DNA from: an uncultured Planctomycetaceae bacterium
GTDB taxonomy: Bacteria > Planctomycetota > Planctomycetia > Planctomycetales > Planctomycetaceae
Assembly (NCBI GenBank): GCA_963815195.1
Contig: CAWFGE010000017.1
Location: 32,001-96,000, forward strand
Direction of reading: 5' to 3'
Length of the DNA stretch: 64,000 bases
Program-made: the position numbers and the translations under genes
Notes under the pieces: generated by a model
What the model was told of the DNA's origin: nothing
What the model saw: the letters and a program-made list of their open reading frames with translations, nothing else
The model's database searches: none
Part shown: positions 10,635-23,981 of the stretch, piece by piece
Layout: every line of letters begins with the position of its first letter
How positions within the stretch are numbered: the first letter of the stretch is position 1

Positions 10635-11056
10635 GTCTCATCCCCATACGAATTTCAATGGGACCACGGGCTTTCACCGCGAGGCTTTCCTTCGACAAGT
10701 ATATCGCATGAGCCGCGGTCTGGAAATCCCAATGAAATCCAAGGCGAGAGTCACTGCTCGGCATTGGGAAAACGGGGCCACGGCCCTCGAACGAGCCGGG
10801 GTCACAAGGTGCTTTTTTGAAGATTGCGAAGTGTGAACTGCCTCACAGAAACTTTTGCGGGCGGAGATCATCCTAGGTGCTTGGTGATTGACGAACCGAT
10901 TTCTTTCGCCGTATGATAACCAGCCACCGAGATTCTCCCACCCGCAAACTCGCCCGACTTCCTCGAATCGGCTTGCCGGTGACTTGTCCCAAACCCGACC
11001 GAAATGCGTTTCCGCCGTGCGTTGGTTTGTTCCATTCGATTCCCAAAGGAGCCTTC

Positions 11057-11623
11057 ATGAAACAGTTCACGATTCTGACCGCATTGGCCGTTCTGGCTTT
11101 GACCGTAAAGGTCCAAGCGGAAGAAATCAAAAGCGGCCTGCAGCCCGGCAAATTGATCGGTGCTTTCAATGTGACGAAATGTGCCGGTGCCGATGAAGAC
11201 GGCGTGAAAGTCGGCCAGGAACTCTGCTACCGCTGCCGCAACGGCGGCCGGCCCCAAGTGCTCATCTTCACCCGCTCCCCCAAAGACAAGAACGTGGTGA
11301 AATTCATCCAGGAACTCGACAAAGCCATCGGCGAGAACAGTGACAAGCAGCTTCGCGGATTCGTCAGCGTGTTGGCCGAGGACAAAGAAGAAGCCTCCGC
11401 GACCGCCAAAGAAGTCGCCAAGTCCAGCAAAACCAAAAACGTGCCCTTCGTGGTGCCCAACGAGTTCGAAAACGGCCCCGCCGACTACGGCCTCAATTCC
11501 AAAGCCGAAGTGACGATCATCCTGGCCAACGGCGGCAAAGTCCAATCCAACCACGCCGTCGCCACCGCCAAGGATCTCAAAGTGGACGACGTGATCGCCG
11601 ACGTTCAAAAACTCGTCAAATAA
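11057..11623 (+). CDS. Secreted protein, probable thioredoxin-like fold with CYRC motif
   Basis: aaggag RBS, signal peptide, SGLQPG...ELCYRCRNGGRPQV; strongly biased codon usage. Confidence 0.7.
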   Translation: MKQFTILTALAVLALTVKVQAEEIKSGLQPGKLIGAFNVTKCAGADEDGVKVGQELCYRCRNGGRPQVLIFTRSPKDKNVVKFIQELDKAIGENSDKQLRGFVSVLAEDKEEASATAKEVAKSSKTKNVPFVVPNEFENGPADYGLNSKAEVTIILANGGKVQSNHAVATAKDLKVDDVIADVQKLVK

Positions 11624-11689
11624 CGCCCTTTCCAGTGATGGTTCGGCATGCAACAACCTCAAGTTTAATTCGCCAACGCACGACTGGCC

Positions 11690-11743
11690 GAAGAAGCTGC
11701 CTCGCCCTATTTTCCCCCAGGCGCGGCGGCTTCTTCTTTTTTT
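11690..11743 (+). terminator. Probable intrinsic terminator
   Basis: Imperfect stem gaagaagctgc...gcggcttcttc followed by a T-run, downstream of the stop at 11623. Confidence 0.55.
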
Positions 11744-12236
11744 GGGAGCAGAGGGTTTCCCAAAACCAAAAATGCAAAAGTGACAAAGGCGGCGGGATTT
11801 GCGAAAATGAATAGGAGACAGAAATCTCTTTTGGACGCTTCCAACGAGGCCCTTGGAAGAAACATACATGGCCGCCTGGAACGATGTGCCGGCCCAGTTT
11901 CAAGACGTGCTCGCCGCTCCTTGAGGTTTTATCTCCGGGATGTGCAGAACTTTTCCCGCGGCGCCGGGTTTATTAGGAATTCTTGAACCCATTTCCGATC
12001 GGCATTTGTCCAAAACCTCCGCGCGACGCCCTTGGAAAGCCACTTGGAATTGAGGCTTTCAGGGGATTTAACTCGTTGGCCAACTTTGATATAATGGGTT
12101 TGGCGGATTGAGTTCCCCACCGCGGATCGGACCCTGGCAGAACCCACGCCAGTTCGACCCGCCGACTTCACACCCCAGAAAAACCCTGTTGCCTCAATCG
12201 GCGGCAGCGGATTGAAGACGATCCCAAGGCGGATTT

Positions 12237-14936
12237 ATGTTGATTCCGATCGAATGCTGGTCCTGTGGCTTGCGGTTCCACGTGGATGCGCGGTACGCGG
12301 GGAAGGTGGGCACCTGCCCCCATCCCGATTGCGGCCGGAAGTATCTCGTGCCCAGCCCCGAACCGCACCAGCCTCTTCAGAAATCCGCCCAACCGAAGCG
12401 GCGAAAAAAAACGCCCAAACCGCCCGTGGCCAGGCAACCGCAAGTCCCGCCGCTTCCGCAGGCCGCGCCCGCGCGGAAAACCTACGCCCGTTCGCGTGCT
12501 CAAGTCCGCCGGCGAAGCGCGGCGTGGTGGAAGAAGGGGAACACCTGGATTGCCTTCGGTCTGGTCGTCGCGTGTCTCTTGCTGGGGGTGGTGACGTTCT
12601 TCCAGCAAACACGCCCTGATCAAACCGCGGAATCCAAACCGCCCGCCTTGGCCGCGGAGCAGTTGCAACTCGTCGCCCACAAACCCCACCCGGCAAGCGC
12701 GGACAAGTTTGCCAAACACGTCGGCCCCTTCTTGCAGAAGTATTGCTTCGACTGTCACGCGGGCGGTGCCGAGGAAGGCGGGTTGACGTTGGATGAATTC
12801 GCCAAACCCGAAGCCTTCGCCAAAAACCGCAAGACCGCGGAACTGGTCTTCAAGATGTTGAACGCCGGCGTCATGCCGCCCGAAGAAGGCGCGCAACCGA
12901 AAATGGAAGAACGCCAGGCCGCGGTGGATTGGATCGATGCGAAACTCAACTACGTGGACTGCGATCTGCCGCCCGATCCCGGCCGGGTGACGATCCGCCG
13001 GCTGAACCGGGCCGAGTACAACAACACGATCCGCGATCTCGTGGGCATCGATTTCGAGCCCGCGGCAGACTTCCCGTCCGACGAAGTGGGCAACGGGTTC
13101 GACAACATCGGCGACGTGCTTTCGTTGCCGCCTTTGCTCTTGGAAAAATACCTCGAAGCCGCCGAGACCATCGCCAAGAAATCGATCGTGGCCCATCCCG
13201 ACCGGTACGGCATCCAGCGGTTTGCGGGGAAGGATCTCGAAGGGACAGGTTCCGCCGGCGGTCCGGGCGACGATGGATTTATCACGATGGCCTCCACGGG
13301 ATCAGTAATCGCCAAGGTCCGCATTCCCGCCAAGTCGGAATACGTCGTGCGGACGGAAGCCAGGGCGGATCAGGCGGGCGATGAACCCGCCCGCATGGAG
13401 CTTCGGCTCGACGGCAAGAAGATCGAAGTCTTCGACATCAAAGGCCGACGCAAGCCGGACGCGTATGAAGCCAAATTTCAAATCGACGCGGGCGAGCACA
13501 AACTCGAGGCGGCGTTCATCAACGATTTTTACAACCCCAAAGCCAAGAATCCCAAGGAGCGCGACCGGAACCTCCACGTCCGCAAAATCGAAGTCGTGCC
13601 CACAAACGTCTCGCTCGATCAACTCCCCGAAAGCCATCGGCGGATCGTATTCGTCACGCCCGACAAAAACACCTCCGACAAAACCGCCGCCGAGAGAATC
13701 TTGGACCGGTTTATCACCCAAGCCTTCCGCAGGCCCGCAACCGATGAGGAAGTCGAAAAGTTCAGAGACCTCGCGATGTTCGCCATCTCGCGCGGCGAGA
13801 CGTTCGAAGAGGGCATTCAGATCGCGGTGACGGCGGTGCTTGTCTCGCCGCATTTCCTGTTTCGCGTGGAAGACCATTCGCTGTCCGAGAAGCCCGCCGT
13901 CAAGCCGGTCCGCGATTACGAATTGGCGTCCCGGCTATCGTATTTCCTCTGGAGCAGCATGCCGGATGAAGAACTCTTTCAGCTGGCCGAGAAGAAAAAA
14001 CTGCGTCAACCCGCCATCTTGGAAAAGCAGGTCCGGCGGATGCTCCAGGATCCCAAGTCCAAGGCCCTCGTCGATAACTTCGCCAGCCAATGGCTCAACC
14101 TGCGGAACCTCGAGGAAGTCTCGCCCGATCCGAAAATGTTTCCCAGTTTCAATGATGACCTTCGCCGGGACATGCGGAAGGAAACCGAGGAATTCTTCGC
14201 GGCGATCATGCGGGATGACCTGAGCGTGATGGATTTTTTGGATGCGAATTTTACGTTCGTCAACGAACGTCTCGCGGAACATTACGGCATTGCGGGCGTG
14301 AGGGGCGAGGAATTTCAAAAAGTCTCGCTCTCGGGCATGCCGCGAGCGGGAGTGTTGACGCAAGCGAGCATTCTGACGCTGACGTCCAATCCCACCCGCA
14401 CCTCGCCCGTGAAGCGCGGCAAGTGGATTCTGGAGAACCTCTTGAACGAGCCGCCGCCCCCGCCCCCGCCCAACGTTCCGGAGCTGGAAGAGACCGCGAA
14501 GGAAAAGCCGGGCTTGTCGCTGCGGAAGCAGTTGGAGCTGCATCGCCAATCGCCCAGTTGCGCGGCCTGTCACAAAACCATGGACCCGTTGGGGCTCGGT
14601 TTTGAGAATTTTGACGCCGTCGGCAAATGGCGGGACCGCGACGGCAAACTGCCCGTGGACGCCTCCGGCGAATTGCCCGGCGGGAAAAAATTCCAAGGCC
14701 CCATCGAACTCATCAAACTGTTAAAGCAGAGAAAAATCGATTTCCGCCGCTGCCTGGTCGAAAAAATGCTCACCTACGCCCTGGGTCGGGGTTTGGAGTA
14801 TTATGACCGTTGTGCGGTCGACACGATTACGCAAAACATGGACAAGGACGGGAACCGATTCTCAAGAATGGTGCTGGAGATCGTTCAAAGCCAACCGTTC
14901 CTCTACCTTTGCGCCGAAACCAAGACGGGGAGATAG
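12237..14936 (+). CDS. DUF1592-family planctomycete cytochrome c protein (DUF1587/1595/1592/1588/1585) with N-terminal Zn ribbon and a carbohydrate-binding-like insert
   Basis: CFDCH and CAACH heme motifs; RRLNRAEYNNT; ELASRLSYFLWSSMPD; RTSPVKRGKWIL; AFINDFY...DRNLHV. Confidence 0.9.
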   Translation: MLIPIECWSCGLRFHVDARYAGKVGTCPHPDCGRKYLVPSPEPHQPLQKSAQPKRRKKTPKPPVARQPQVPPLPQAAPARKTYARSRAQVRRRSAAWWKKGNTWIAFGLVVACLLLGVVTFFQQTRPDQTAESKPPALAAEQLQLVAHKPHPASADKFAKHVGPFLQKYCFDCHAGGAEEGGLTLDEFAKPEAFAKNRKTAELVFKMLNAGVMPPEEGAQPKMEERQAAVDWIDAKLNYVDCDLPPDPGRVTIRRLNRAEYNNTIRDLVGIDFEPAADFPSDEVGNGFDNIGDVLSLPPLLLEKYLEAAETIAKKSIVAHPDRYGIQRFAGKDLEGTGSAGGPGDDGFITMASTGSVIAKVRIPAKSEYVVRTEARADQAGDEPARMELRLDGKKIEVFDIKGRRKPDAYEAKFQIDAGEHKLEAAFINDFYNPKAKNPKERDRNLHVRKIEVVPTNVSLDQLPESHRRIVFVTPDKNTSDKTAAERILDRFITQAFRRPATDEEVEKFRDLAMFAISRGETFEEGIQIAVTAVLVSPHFLFRVEDHSLSEKPAVKPVRDYELASRLSYFLWSSMPDEELFQLAEKKKLRQPAILEKQVRRMLQDPKSKALVDNFASQWLNLRNLEEVSPDPKMFPSFNDDLRRDMRKETEEFFAAIMRDDLSVMDFLDANFTFVNERLAEHYGIAGVRGEEFQKVSLSGMPRAGVLTQASILTLTSNPTRTSPVKRGKWILENLLNEPPPPPPPNVPELEETAKEKPGLSLRKQLELHRQSPSCAACHKTMDPLGLGFENFDAVGKWRDRDGKLPVDASGELPGGKKFQGPIELIKLLKQRKIDFRRCLVEKMLTYALGRGLEYYDRCAVDTITQNMDKDGNRFSRMVLEIVQSQPFLYLCAETKTGR

Positions 14937-14980
14937 GGAGACGGGGAGAAATCAAAAAACAACTGACGAATGAACGGCAT

Positions 14981-15140
14981 TTAACGCAAAGGCGCAAAGG
15001 GAAGACGCAAAGCGGCGCAAAGAACAAAAATTCAAAATCTGAAACAAGGCGATTGTGAGTCCAAAAGCCGTTCCCGCTTTTTTCTTTTTGTCTTTTCTTT
15101 GCGGCCCTTTGCGTCTTTACTTTGCAGTCTTTGCGTTGAA
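14981..15140. repeat. REP-like inverted repeat built from cgcaaag units
   Basis: aacgcaaaggcgcaaag...acgcaaag paired with ctttgcg...ctttgcgt...ctttgcgtt. Confidence 0.6.
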
Positions 15141-15181
15141 TAAAACTAAAAACTGAAAAACCAACCAGAAGGGAGCCTGCT

Positions 15182-16527
15182 ATGAGTCGCACACATCTAT
15201 CCCGCCGCACGATCTTGAAAGGTCTGGGGACCACGATGGCGTTGCCTTTGCTCGAGGCGATGCTGCCCGGCCAAGGCTTGATGTCCTCGGCGAGCGCGGC
15301 GGAATCGGCCGGGCGCCGGTGCGGACGGCCTTTGTCTTCTTTCCCAACGGGGCGATCATGGACGCCTGGAAATGCGAAGGCGAAGGGAAAGATTTTAAGC
15401 TCTCGAAAACGCTCGAACCGCTCGCCGAGTTCAAGAACGACATCACCGTGTTCAGCGGCCTCACGCAGAACCACGGCCGGGCCAACGGCGACGGCGGCGG
15501 CGACCATGCCCGGAACGCCGGCGTGTTTTTGACCGGCTGCCAGCCGCGAAAGACCTCCGGTGCGAACATCGAAGTCGGCCAGTCCGTGGATCAGGCCATC
15601 GCTTCGGCCGCCGGCAGCCAGACGAAATTGCCTTCCCTGGAAGTGGGCGTCGATCGCAGCCGAAACGCCGGCAGCTGCGATTCGGGCTACAGCTGCGCCT
15701 ATTCCTCCAACATTTCCTGGAAAACCCCCAACGCGCCGATGGCCAAGGAAATCAACCCCCGGCTCGCCTTCGAGCGGCTGTTCGGCACCGGCGAAGATTT
15801 CAAATCCCGTGCCAAACGCGACCTCTATCGCCAGAGCATTCTCGATCTGGTCTCCGAAGATGCCGCCAAGCTCAAAAATCGGCTCGGCCAGACCGACCGC
15901 CGGAAGATCGATGAATATTTTTCGAGCGTCCGCGAACTCGAGCTTCGGCTGCAAAAGTCCGCCGTCACTCCTGCGGAAGTGCCCGAATACGACCTGCCGG
16001 AAGGCATTCCCAAGGAAACGCAAGAGCACATCCGCCTGATGTACGACGTCATGGCGCTCGCGTTCCAGACCAACACCACCCGGGTCGCGACCTTCATGCT
16101 CGCCAACGCAGGCAGCAACCGCACCTATCCGAATGTCGGCGTCACCGACGGGCATCATAACCTGTCCCACCATCGGCTCGACAAAGAGAAAATGGAAAAG
16201 ATCACCAAGATCGACAAGTTCCTCGCCGGCGAGTTTGCGTACTTTTTGGGCAAGCTCAAATCCATTAAGGAAGGCAGCGGAAACCTGCTCGACAACAGCA
16301 TGATCCTCTACGGCAGCGCAATCTCCGACGGCAACCGCCATCAGCACCACGACCTGCCGATCCTCCTCGCCGGCCGCGGCGGAGGCAGCATCCAAGCCGG
16401 CCGCCATCTGGCCTATCCCAACGAAACCCCGCTCAACAACCTGTTCCTCGCGATGATGCACCGCATGGGGGCGGACCTCAAAGAATTCGGCGACAGCAAA
16501 GGCCCGCTCAAACACCTGGAAGGCTAA
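15182..16527 (+). CDS. DUF1552 (HXXSHH) protein with Tat signal; apparent frameshift near 15317
   Basis: SRRTILKG.G..MALPLLEAM; CDSGYSCAY; HHNLSHH; usual partner of DUF1592. Confidence 0.9.
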
Positions 16528-16556
16528 ATCATTGCGCGATTTTGCGCGATCGGATT

Positions 16557-16794
16557 TAGGGCCGAAGGCCCGGCTTTATGTCAGCCCAGGGCGAAGCCCT
16601 GGGAAACCGCAACGAACAAAATGCAAAAGCCCCAACGGGGCGCTCCTAAACCGGAGATACGCTGGTGGCCACGTGGGATTATACGTGTGACGGATAGGGC
16701 CACCCCGTTGGGGCTTGCGTTTGATTCATCATCAATAACCCAGGGCGGCGCTGCGCTTGCCCTGGGCTGACATAGAGCCGGGCCTTCGGCCCTA
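16557..16794. repeat. REPIN/MITE-like palindromic element, copy 1
   Basis: ~35 bp terminal inverted repeats tagggccgaaggcccggctttatgtcagcccaggg / ccctgggctgacatagagccgggccttcggcccta, plus inner aagccccaacgggg/ccccgttggggctt. Confidence 0.8.
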
Positions 16795-16889
16795 TTTCCG
16801 CGAAAAATGCGGCGCCGGCATGGGTGCAAGCGGCGAACGAATTGTGTTACATTGGTTTATCATTTTCTCTAACAACGTGTCGGAAAATC

Positions 16890-16970
16890 TGAGCGGTAGG
16901 CGCTAGCCTCCGGTTTCGATCAAAGGATCGTCATAAAATCAAAACCGGCGGCTAGCGCCTCGCCGCTCAC
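16890..16970. repeat. REP doublet (gagcgg...gctagc family)
   Basis: gagcggtaggcgctagcctccggttt ... aaaccggcggctagcgcctcgccgctc; related copies at 24197, 28912 and 57380. Confidence 0.75.
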
Positions 16971-17004
16971 GCTCATTCGCCTCCGTTCAAAAAGGTTCTG
17001 CCCA

Positions 17005-18372
<1,368 letters not shown>

Positions 18373-18404
18373 CCGTCTGACCGAGTTGTCCCAAATTACG
18401 GAAA

Positions 18405-18612
18405 TAGGACCGAAGGTCCGGCTCTATGTCAGCCCAGGGGCATCGCCCTGGGGAAACGGGAATGAACAAAGTGCAAAAGCCCCAGCGGGGCGGTCCTAAA
18501 CCGTATGCCAAATAGGGCCGCCCCGTTGGGGCTTGCGTTTCATACATCACGCGCAACCCAGGGCGGCGCTGCGCTTGCCCTGGGCTGACATAAAGCCGGA
18601 CCCTCGGTCCTT
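18405..18612. repeat. REPIN/MITE-like palindromic element, copy 2
   Basis: Same architecture as 16557-16794, with arm-matched substitutions (ggacc/ggtcc). Confidence 0.8.
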
Positions 18613-18649
18613 TTCACCCGTCTCCGTCGTCTTCTCCGTATCTCGGTGG

Positions 18650-19697
18650 TTACCCCTTTTTTTGTTGTTCGCTTTGATCCGGCTCTTTTTTCTTTGGCTG
18701 TTGTTTCTTGTCTTCCTTCGGGATCGGCTCTGGGTCGCCTTCCGCGCGGAAGCGGCCGGTCTTCAGGAACTCGCGAGTGTAGGTGATCGTGTCGGCGTTG
18801 TTCATGAGGAAGGAATGCAGGCACTCGACGGTCGCGAAGTCACAGGCTCCGGGCAGGCGGGTGCTTTCCACGCTGACGGTGCCGTCGTCGTCGCCGGGGA
18901 CGAGCGGGTTGTAGCCGGTGTCCTTGCCGCGGGCGCCGGCAATCACGCCGAAGTCAAACTCCGGCGTGGGCAGCGAATCGATGTAGCCCCCGTTGATGCC
19001 CAACTGCCCCCCGGCCGGGCCGAAGATCATCTTGAACAGGAGGATGTTCTTAAAGATGTCGGCCATGTTCGCCCCGCGGTTGGGGACGCCGAGCATGACC
19101 ATCCGCTCGATGCGGTCGTCGTTGTGCTTCTCTAAATAACAGCGCACCAACAGCCCGCCCATGCTGTGGACGACGAAGGAAATCTTCTCGACGCCTTCGA
19201 GCGATTCGATCAGCTGGTTCAAGTATTCTGCCGACTGCGAAATCTCCACCTGCGTGCTGGGGTAATCGAAGCCGATGACGGTGTAGCCGTCTTTTTTAAG
19301 GGCCTCGGCCAGTTTGCTGAAGGACTTGGACGAGCGCACGATGCCGTGAATCAAAATCACCGCGTGCCCGGACATCCTCGGCAGCTTTTTCTCCTTCTTG
19401 ATTTCCTCCAGCTTCTTCTGGCAGCCTTCGAGCGTGCCCGAAGCGTGGCGGTGGTTTTGGGGATCGAGCAGGCGGTATTGCTTGAAGAACACGTTGTGCT
19501 GAAATTCGCCAGCCGTGAAAGTAGGCCACGTCCCCCCAAAACTGCATCCCGCCCAAAGTTTTCATCGCGAAATCCTGCTTGAGTTCCAACTTGGGAAGCC
19601 AGTCAAAATCCTCAGCCGCCGCGGGCGAAATCGCCACTCCCCCAAAAAGCACGAAGAGCCAGAGTTTCCAGGATGCCGCTTTGAAAAACTTCCACAT
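18650..19697 (-). CDS. Secreted alpha/beta hydrolase (lipase-like); apparent frameshift near 19500
   Basis: Signal peptide; KTLGGMQFWGD..FHGWRI; ILIHG; VHSMGG; DDGTVSVEST; HSFLM. Confidence 0.8.
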
Positions 19698-19835
19698 CAC
19701 GCTACCTCCGTATGCGTGTTTGGGAGACATTAAGAAAAAACCGCACCCATCTTACCTCAATCGAGGCGGGAAGGATGCGGGAATATCACGCGGTTTTTCC
19801 ATTTTCGGCGATCGGAATCGGATCGCCCCGTCTCC

Positions 19836-22302
19836 CTATCTCCCCGTCTCCCTATCTCCGCGCGGAGCGGGCTTCTCCGCTTCCGCCGGGACAGGCCGGG
19901 CGACGGGCTTCAACGTCTTCACGGTCACCAGGCCCTCGGCGGGCGGGGTTTGGTCCAACAATCGGGCCGCTTCTTGGAGCACGAAATCCGGATTCATGAA
20001 CGGCTCGTAGCTGATGTCGTGCCAACGAACCCGGCCCTCGGCGTCGATCAAATACGTCCCGTGCAGCGGCTGGTTCTCGAAATCATCGAACGCCCGGTAC
20101 GCCTTGAACACCTTGTATTCCGGGTCGGCCACCAGCGGGAACGCGTACGTGTGCTCTTTGTTGTAATTCTTGAGGGCGATCTCCAAAGCCTCTCGGCTTT
20201 CGGTGCTGATGGCGATCAACGACAGGCCCTGTTTCTCAAATTCCTCGGCCTTGGGGGCGAAGGCTTTGAGCTGCTCGACGCAGTGCAGACAGCCGAAGCC
20301 CAGATAGAAAATCACCACCACCGGCTTGCCGCGATAATCGGCGAGGGAGTGCATCTTCCCGTCCTTGTCCTGCAGCGTCCAGGGTTCGGCTTCCGAGGGA
20401 TGCCAGCGGAACGGCCCCAACGTGTCGAGGTCGGGGCGATTGCCGACATCGCCGACTTTCGCGAGCGGCTGCCGCCAGTCCGCGGGCAGGCCCAGTTCTT
20501 TCGCCAAGGGCGCGAGCCGGGCAAAGATCGGTGTGTCGAGATCGATCGGCCCCGAGAATTTTCGCAGCTCGTCAAATGTGGCTTTGGCCGCGTCCGTCTG
20601 GCCGGCTTTCCATTGGATATAAGCCGCCTGCGCCCGCGGGATGGTTTCGTTTTTGTGCCGGGGCAAGTTCGTGCTCGCCAAACGCGCAGGCTTCTTCTTC
20701 ATCGCCGGCCCAGAGTTTCACGAGCGCCAGAAACAGCGGGTCCTGATCGCCCGCCTTCCGCAAGAGATCGTAGGCTTCCTGATGATTCCCCGCCGCGAGG
20801 GCTTCCTGTCCCTGGAACTCTTCGAGGGCTTTGTCGAGCGAGCGAAGCGAAGTCGCAAACGGCCGGGCCGCGGTGTCATGGGCTCTTTTGATGTCCTTGA
20901 CCGATTGCCGAACGATGTTGCGGTTGTAATCTTCGTCGGATTGCTCCGGTTCTTGTTTGATGCGTTTCTTGGCGTCGGCGAGGACTTTTTCTTCCGCCTT
21001 GATCTGGGCGGCCTTTTGCTGCTTTTCCACCTCGGCCTTGCGGCCGGCGACTTGCGTCACGACTTGCCGGGCGGCTTCGAGGTCGCCGCTGCGGAAGTAC
21101 GCCCGGCCGAGATACCGCAGGCGTTTGATCTGCTCGGCTTCCACGCCGGTCGGTTCCAGGTACGGCGAATTGCAGAGGCGGATCATCTCCGGCCACATTT
21201 CGTTTTGATTGAGAGCCGCAAAGAGCCGCAGCCGGCCGTAAGAGGCGCTGCTGCCGCGCCGGCTCACGGTGTTGTACCGCGGGTGCCGGGGCAGTTCGGT
21301 CATGTTCTTGGCGAGATCGACCGCATCGCGGACCCGGCCGGTGTAAAGCAGGTTGCGGATCAGCCATTCGTTGTTGTGGGCGAAGTTGTGGATCTGATCG
21401 GGCAGCACGCGGTCGCGGATCATCTGGGCATGGTCCACGCGGGCGGAGGCTTCCTGCTGCCAGACGGCGTCGTTATAGCGTTTGAGCCGGGAATAAATAT
21501 GCCCCGGCATATGCCACATGTGGGCGATGGAGGGAGCCGACTGCCCGCACAGCGACGCCGACTTGAGCGCCAACTCCGGCTTCTTCAAATCCCAGAGATG
21601 GATCACGTAATGATGCACCGGGTGCATCGGGTTTTTGGCGAGGATTTCGTGAAGGAGCGCATCGGTGCCCAGGTAGCTTTGAATCGGCTGCACCGAGCGG
21701 TTGAGCCAAATCTGCAAGCACAAAAACGCCTTGGCTTCCAAATCGTCCGGAGAGTCGAGGGCGATTTTTTCAAGCGCGAGGAGATAGGCTTCCTTCCGCT
21801 GCTTGTCTTTGTTGGCGGGCGTGGTGAGGTAGGCACTCAAGGCGTCGATGTATTGCTGCTCGCGATCGCTGGCTTTCGATTTCCGCTGGACGGCTTCTTT
21901 GATGAAGTCTTGGGCCCGCTTGGAATTGTTCGTGTTGGCCATCGCCATGCCCCAATAGGCAATGGCGCAGTCGGGATCGATCGCCGCCGCCTGCCGGAAC
22001 GAGCGCTCGGCTTCAAAGTACCAAAACCCGTGCAGTTGCCCCACGCCTTGGTTGATGAACTTCTGGGCGAGTTCGCTTTTGGTGGTCGCGGGGAAGGTCA
22101 CATTCCCGGTGCCTTCCATCAGGTAGGCTTTTTGGCGGGGGCCTTCGTTGAAGGCTTCGCCGTGGAAGGAATGCCCCGCCTCGGGCCCGGCGTCTTTCTC
22201 GGCGGATTCCTGCCCGCACGTTAAACCCGATCCGACCGTCAAAAGTCCGAAAACACAACACAGGTTGACGATGATGGCGTTCGTTCGGTTGGGGCGAATC
22301 AT
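19836..22302 (-). CDS. TPR-containing protein fused to a C-terminal redoxin (AhpC/TSA-like) domain; apparent frameshift near 20670
   Basis: GHSFHGEAFNEGPRQ; LHGFWYFEAERSF; HMWHMPGHIY; C-terminal FYLGFGCLHCVEQL...FPLVAD. Confidence 0.75.
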
Positions 22303-22664
22303 ACGAGGGCGTCCTTGTGAGGCGGGAAGAACGGAGGGAAACACAGGCCGGGACCTAACGGGCAATTCCACACTCTATTCTGACGCCTGGACGCCGGAAT
22401 TCCAACGGACCGCCGCCCAAACGCGGCAAATCCGCCAAAGAACCGCCGAAATCGAAGGTGTGGGCAAAGTGCGCGGGAAGCGTGTTGCTTCGTGGGGGCG
22501 GCTCCAATGCGCCTCGGCTAACTCAACGACTTATCTCCTTTCGGGCGTTTCTCATTTGATGCACAAATCGTAAAAATAACCAAGCGACGAACTGACTGTA
22601 GATGAACAAAAAAAACCTGGCTCGACAAGAAAATCAGCCCAACCAAGACGCAAAGGTCTCTCTG

Positions 22665-23981
22665 TCACATGCGCCAGCTTTGCCGGTATTTCCACCAAAC
22701 CAGAATCCACGCCGGCACGATGAACAGGACGAGAACGGCCAGAAACCCCGCGGTGGTGCCGAGCATCGCGGACTCGCGTTGGGCCCCCCACCACACGGCG
22801 GCGATCAGCGCGAGATTGGAAATGACGACCAGCCACACATAGGGCTCCCGCTTGTGTGCGCGGGCGTACAAATTGAGCGACAGCGGAACGTGGTTCAAAA
22901 TCACGCAGAGAATGAGGAGTGCCAAAGGCCCCAGCGGGAGCAGGCGATCCGCCAGCGGAAGTTCCCACCAGTTCAACACCGCAACCACGCCGAAGGCGGA
23001 GAGGCCCCCCAAGGCGAGCAGGCCCAGCGACACGCGAAAGACGCGGCCGAACATGCGGTCCAAGGCCGCGTAATCCCCTTGGGAAATGAACATCCCAAAC
23101 TTGGGAGCCCGCGTGTAAACCCAGGCGAGCGCGCCCCACTGCAGGGATTTGAGGGCCGACCAGGTCATGCCCATTCGACCGGCGACGGATTCGCCTTGAT
23201 ACTCGAACAACAGCAGTGTCAAGGACGACATCGCCAGGGCCGTGGTCCCGGTTTGTAGGGCCAATCGCCATTGGAGCGGCAGAATCTCCTCCCGCCAGGA
23301 AACGGCCGGTCCCTCCGGCTTTTCAAAAAACGCGCGGAAAAACCGGCGGTACGGTCCCAGGAGCGGATAAAGGTCGCCCGCGAGCTTCGTGCCGGCAATG
23401 GCGGCCGTCGTCCAGAGCCCGGCTCCCAGCGGAATGCACATCCACACAAATACATTTCCAAGAATGCTTTGCAGCACGCGGAAGCGGTTCGTGGCGATCA
23501 CCTGATTGCAGCCGTCCAACAGGGCGTAGATTGGCATCAGCCACAGCGAAAGCACGGTCGAAGCCGTGACGACAATCCAAGGCCCCAGCCACGAAACCTT
23601 TGCCGCGGGATCGTTCGAGGCCATCCAAAACCCGCCGCCGACGCCGATCGCGAGCAGATACAAAATCGCAACGCCCAGATACCACTTCGCGAAAAACCGG
23701 CCCAGGCTCACGAGCCGGGATCTCGCGTGGGGATCGCCCGTGATCGAGCCGTCCTCCGCCTGCTCCAGCCGGCTCCATTCGTGGCTGGCGACGTTGATAA
23801 TGATCTGGTTGAGGCTCATCTCCACCAGGGATTGCAGCGAAAGCATTTCCGCGAAGACGTAAAACCAGCCTTGGACTTCCGGCGGGAAAAACAGGCTGAT
23901 GAGCACCAGCGTGATCGGCCCGGCGACGACCTGCCAGGCGCGGGTCAACAGCGCATAAAACGTCGCCCGGTCGATTTCCAA
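22665..23981 (-). CDS. Polysaccharide flippase-like (Wzx/MOP superfamily) membrane protein
   Basis: About 12 hydrophobic segments; PEVQGWFY; LQWRLA; AGRMGMT; start uncertain. Confidence 0.65.
   Translation of the reverse strand: MEIDRATFYALLTRAWQVVAGPITLVLISLFFPPEVQGWFYVFAEMLSLQSLVEMSLNQIIINVASHEWSRLEQAEDGSITGDPHARSRLVSLGRFFAKWYLGVAILYLLAIGVGGGFWMASNDPAAKVSWLGPWIVVTASTVLSLWLMPIYALLDGCNQVIATNRFRVLQSILGNVFVWMCIPLGAGLWTTAAIAGTKLAGDLYPLLGPYRRFFRAFFEKPEGPAVSWREEILPLQWRLALQTGTTALAMSSLTLLLFEYQGESVAGRMGMTWSALKSLQWGALAWVYTRAPKFGMFISQGDYAALDRMFGRVFRVSLGLLALGGLSAFGVVAVLNWWELPLADRLLPLGPLALLILCVILNHVPLSLNLYARAHKREPYVWLVVISNLALIAAVWWGAQRESAMLGTTAGFLAVLVLFIVPAWILVWWKYRQSWRM

Noticed and set aside
14827..16515. 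Long antisense ORFs (this one and, for example, 1619-2989, 35491-36972, 47763-49115, 53380-54951)
   Set aside because: Shadow ORFs opposite well-supported genes, as expected in high-GC DNA
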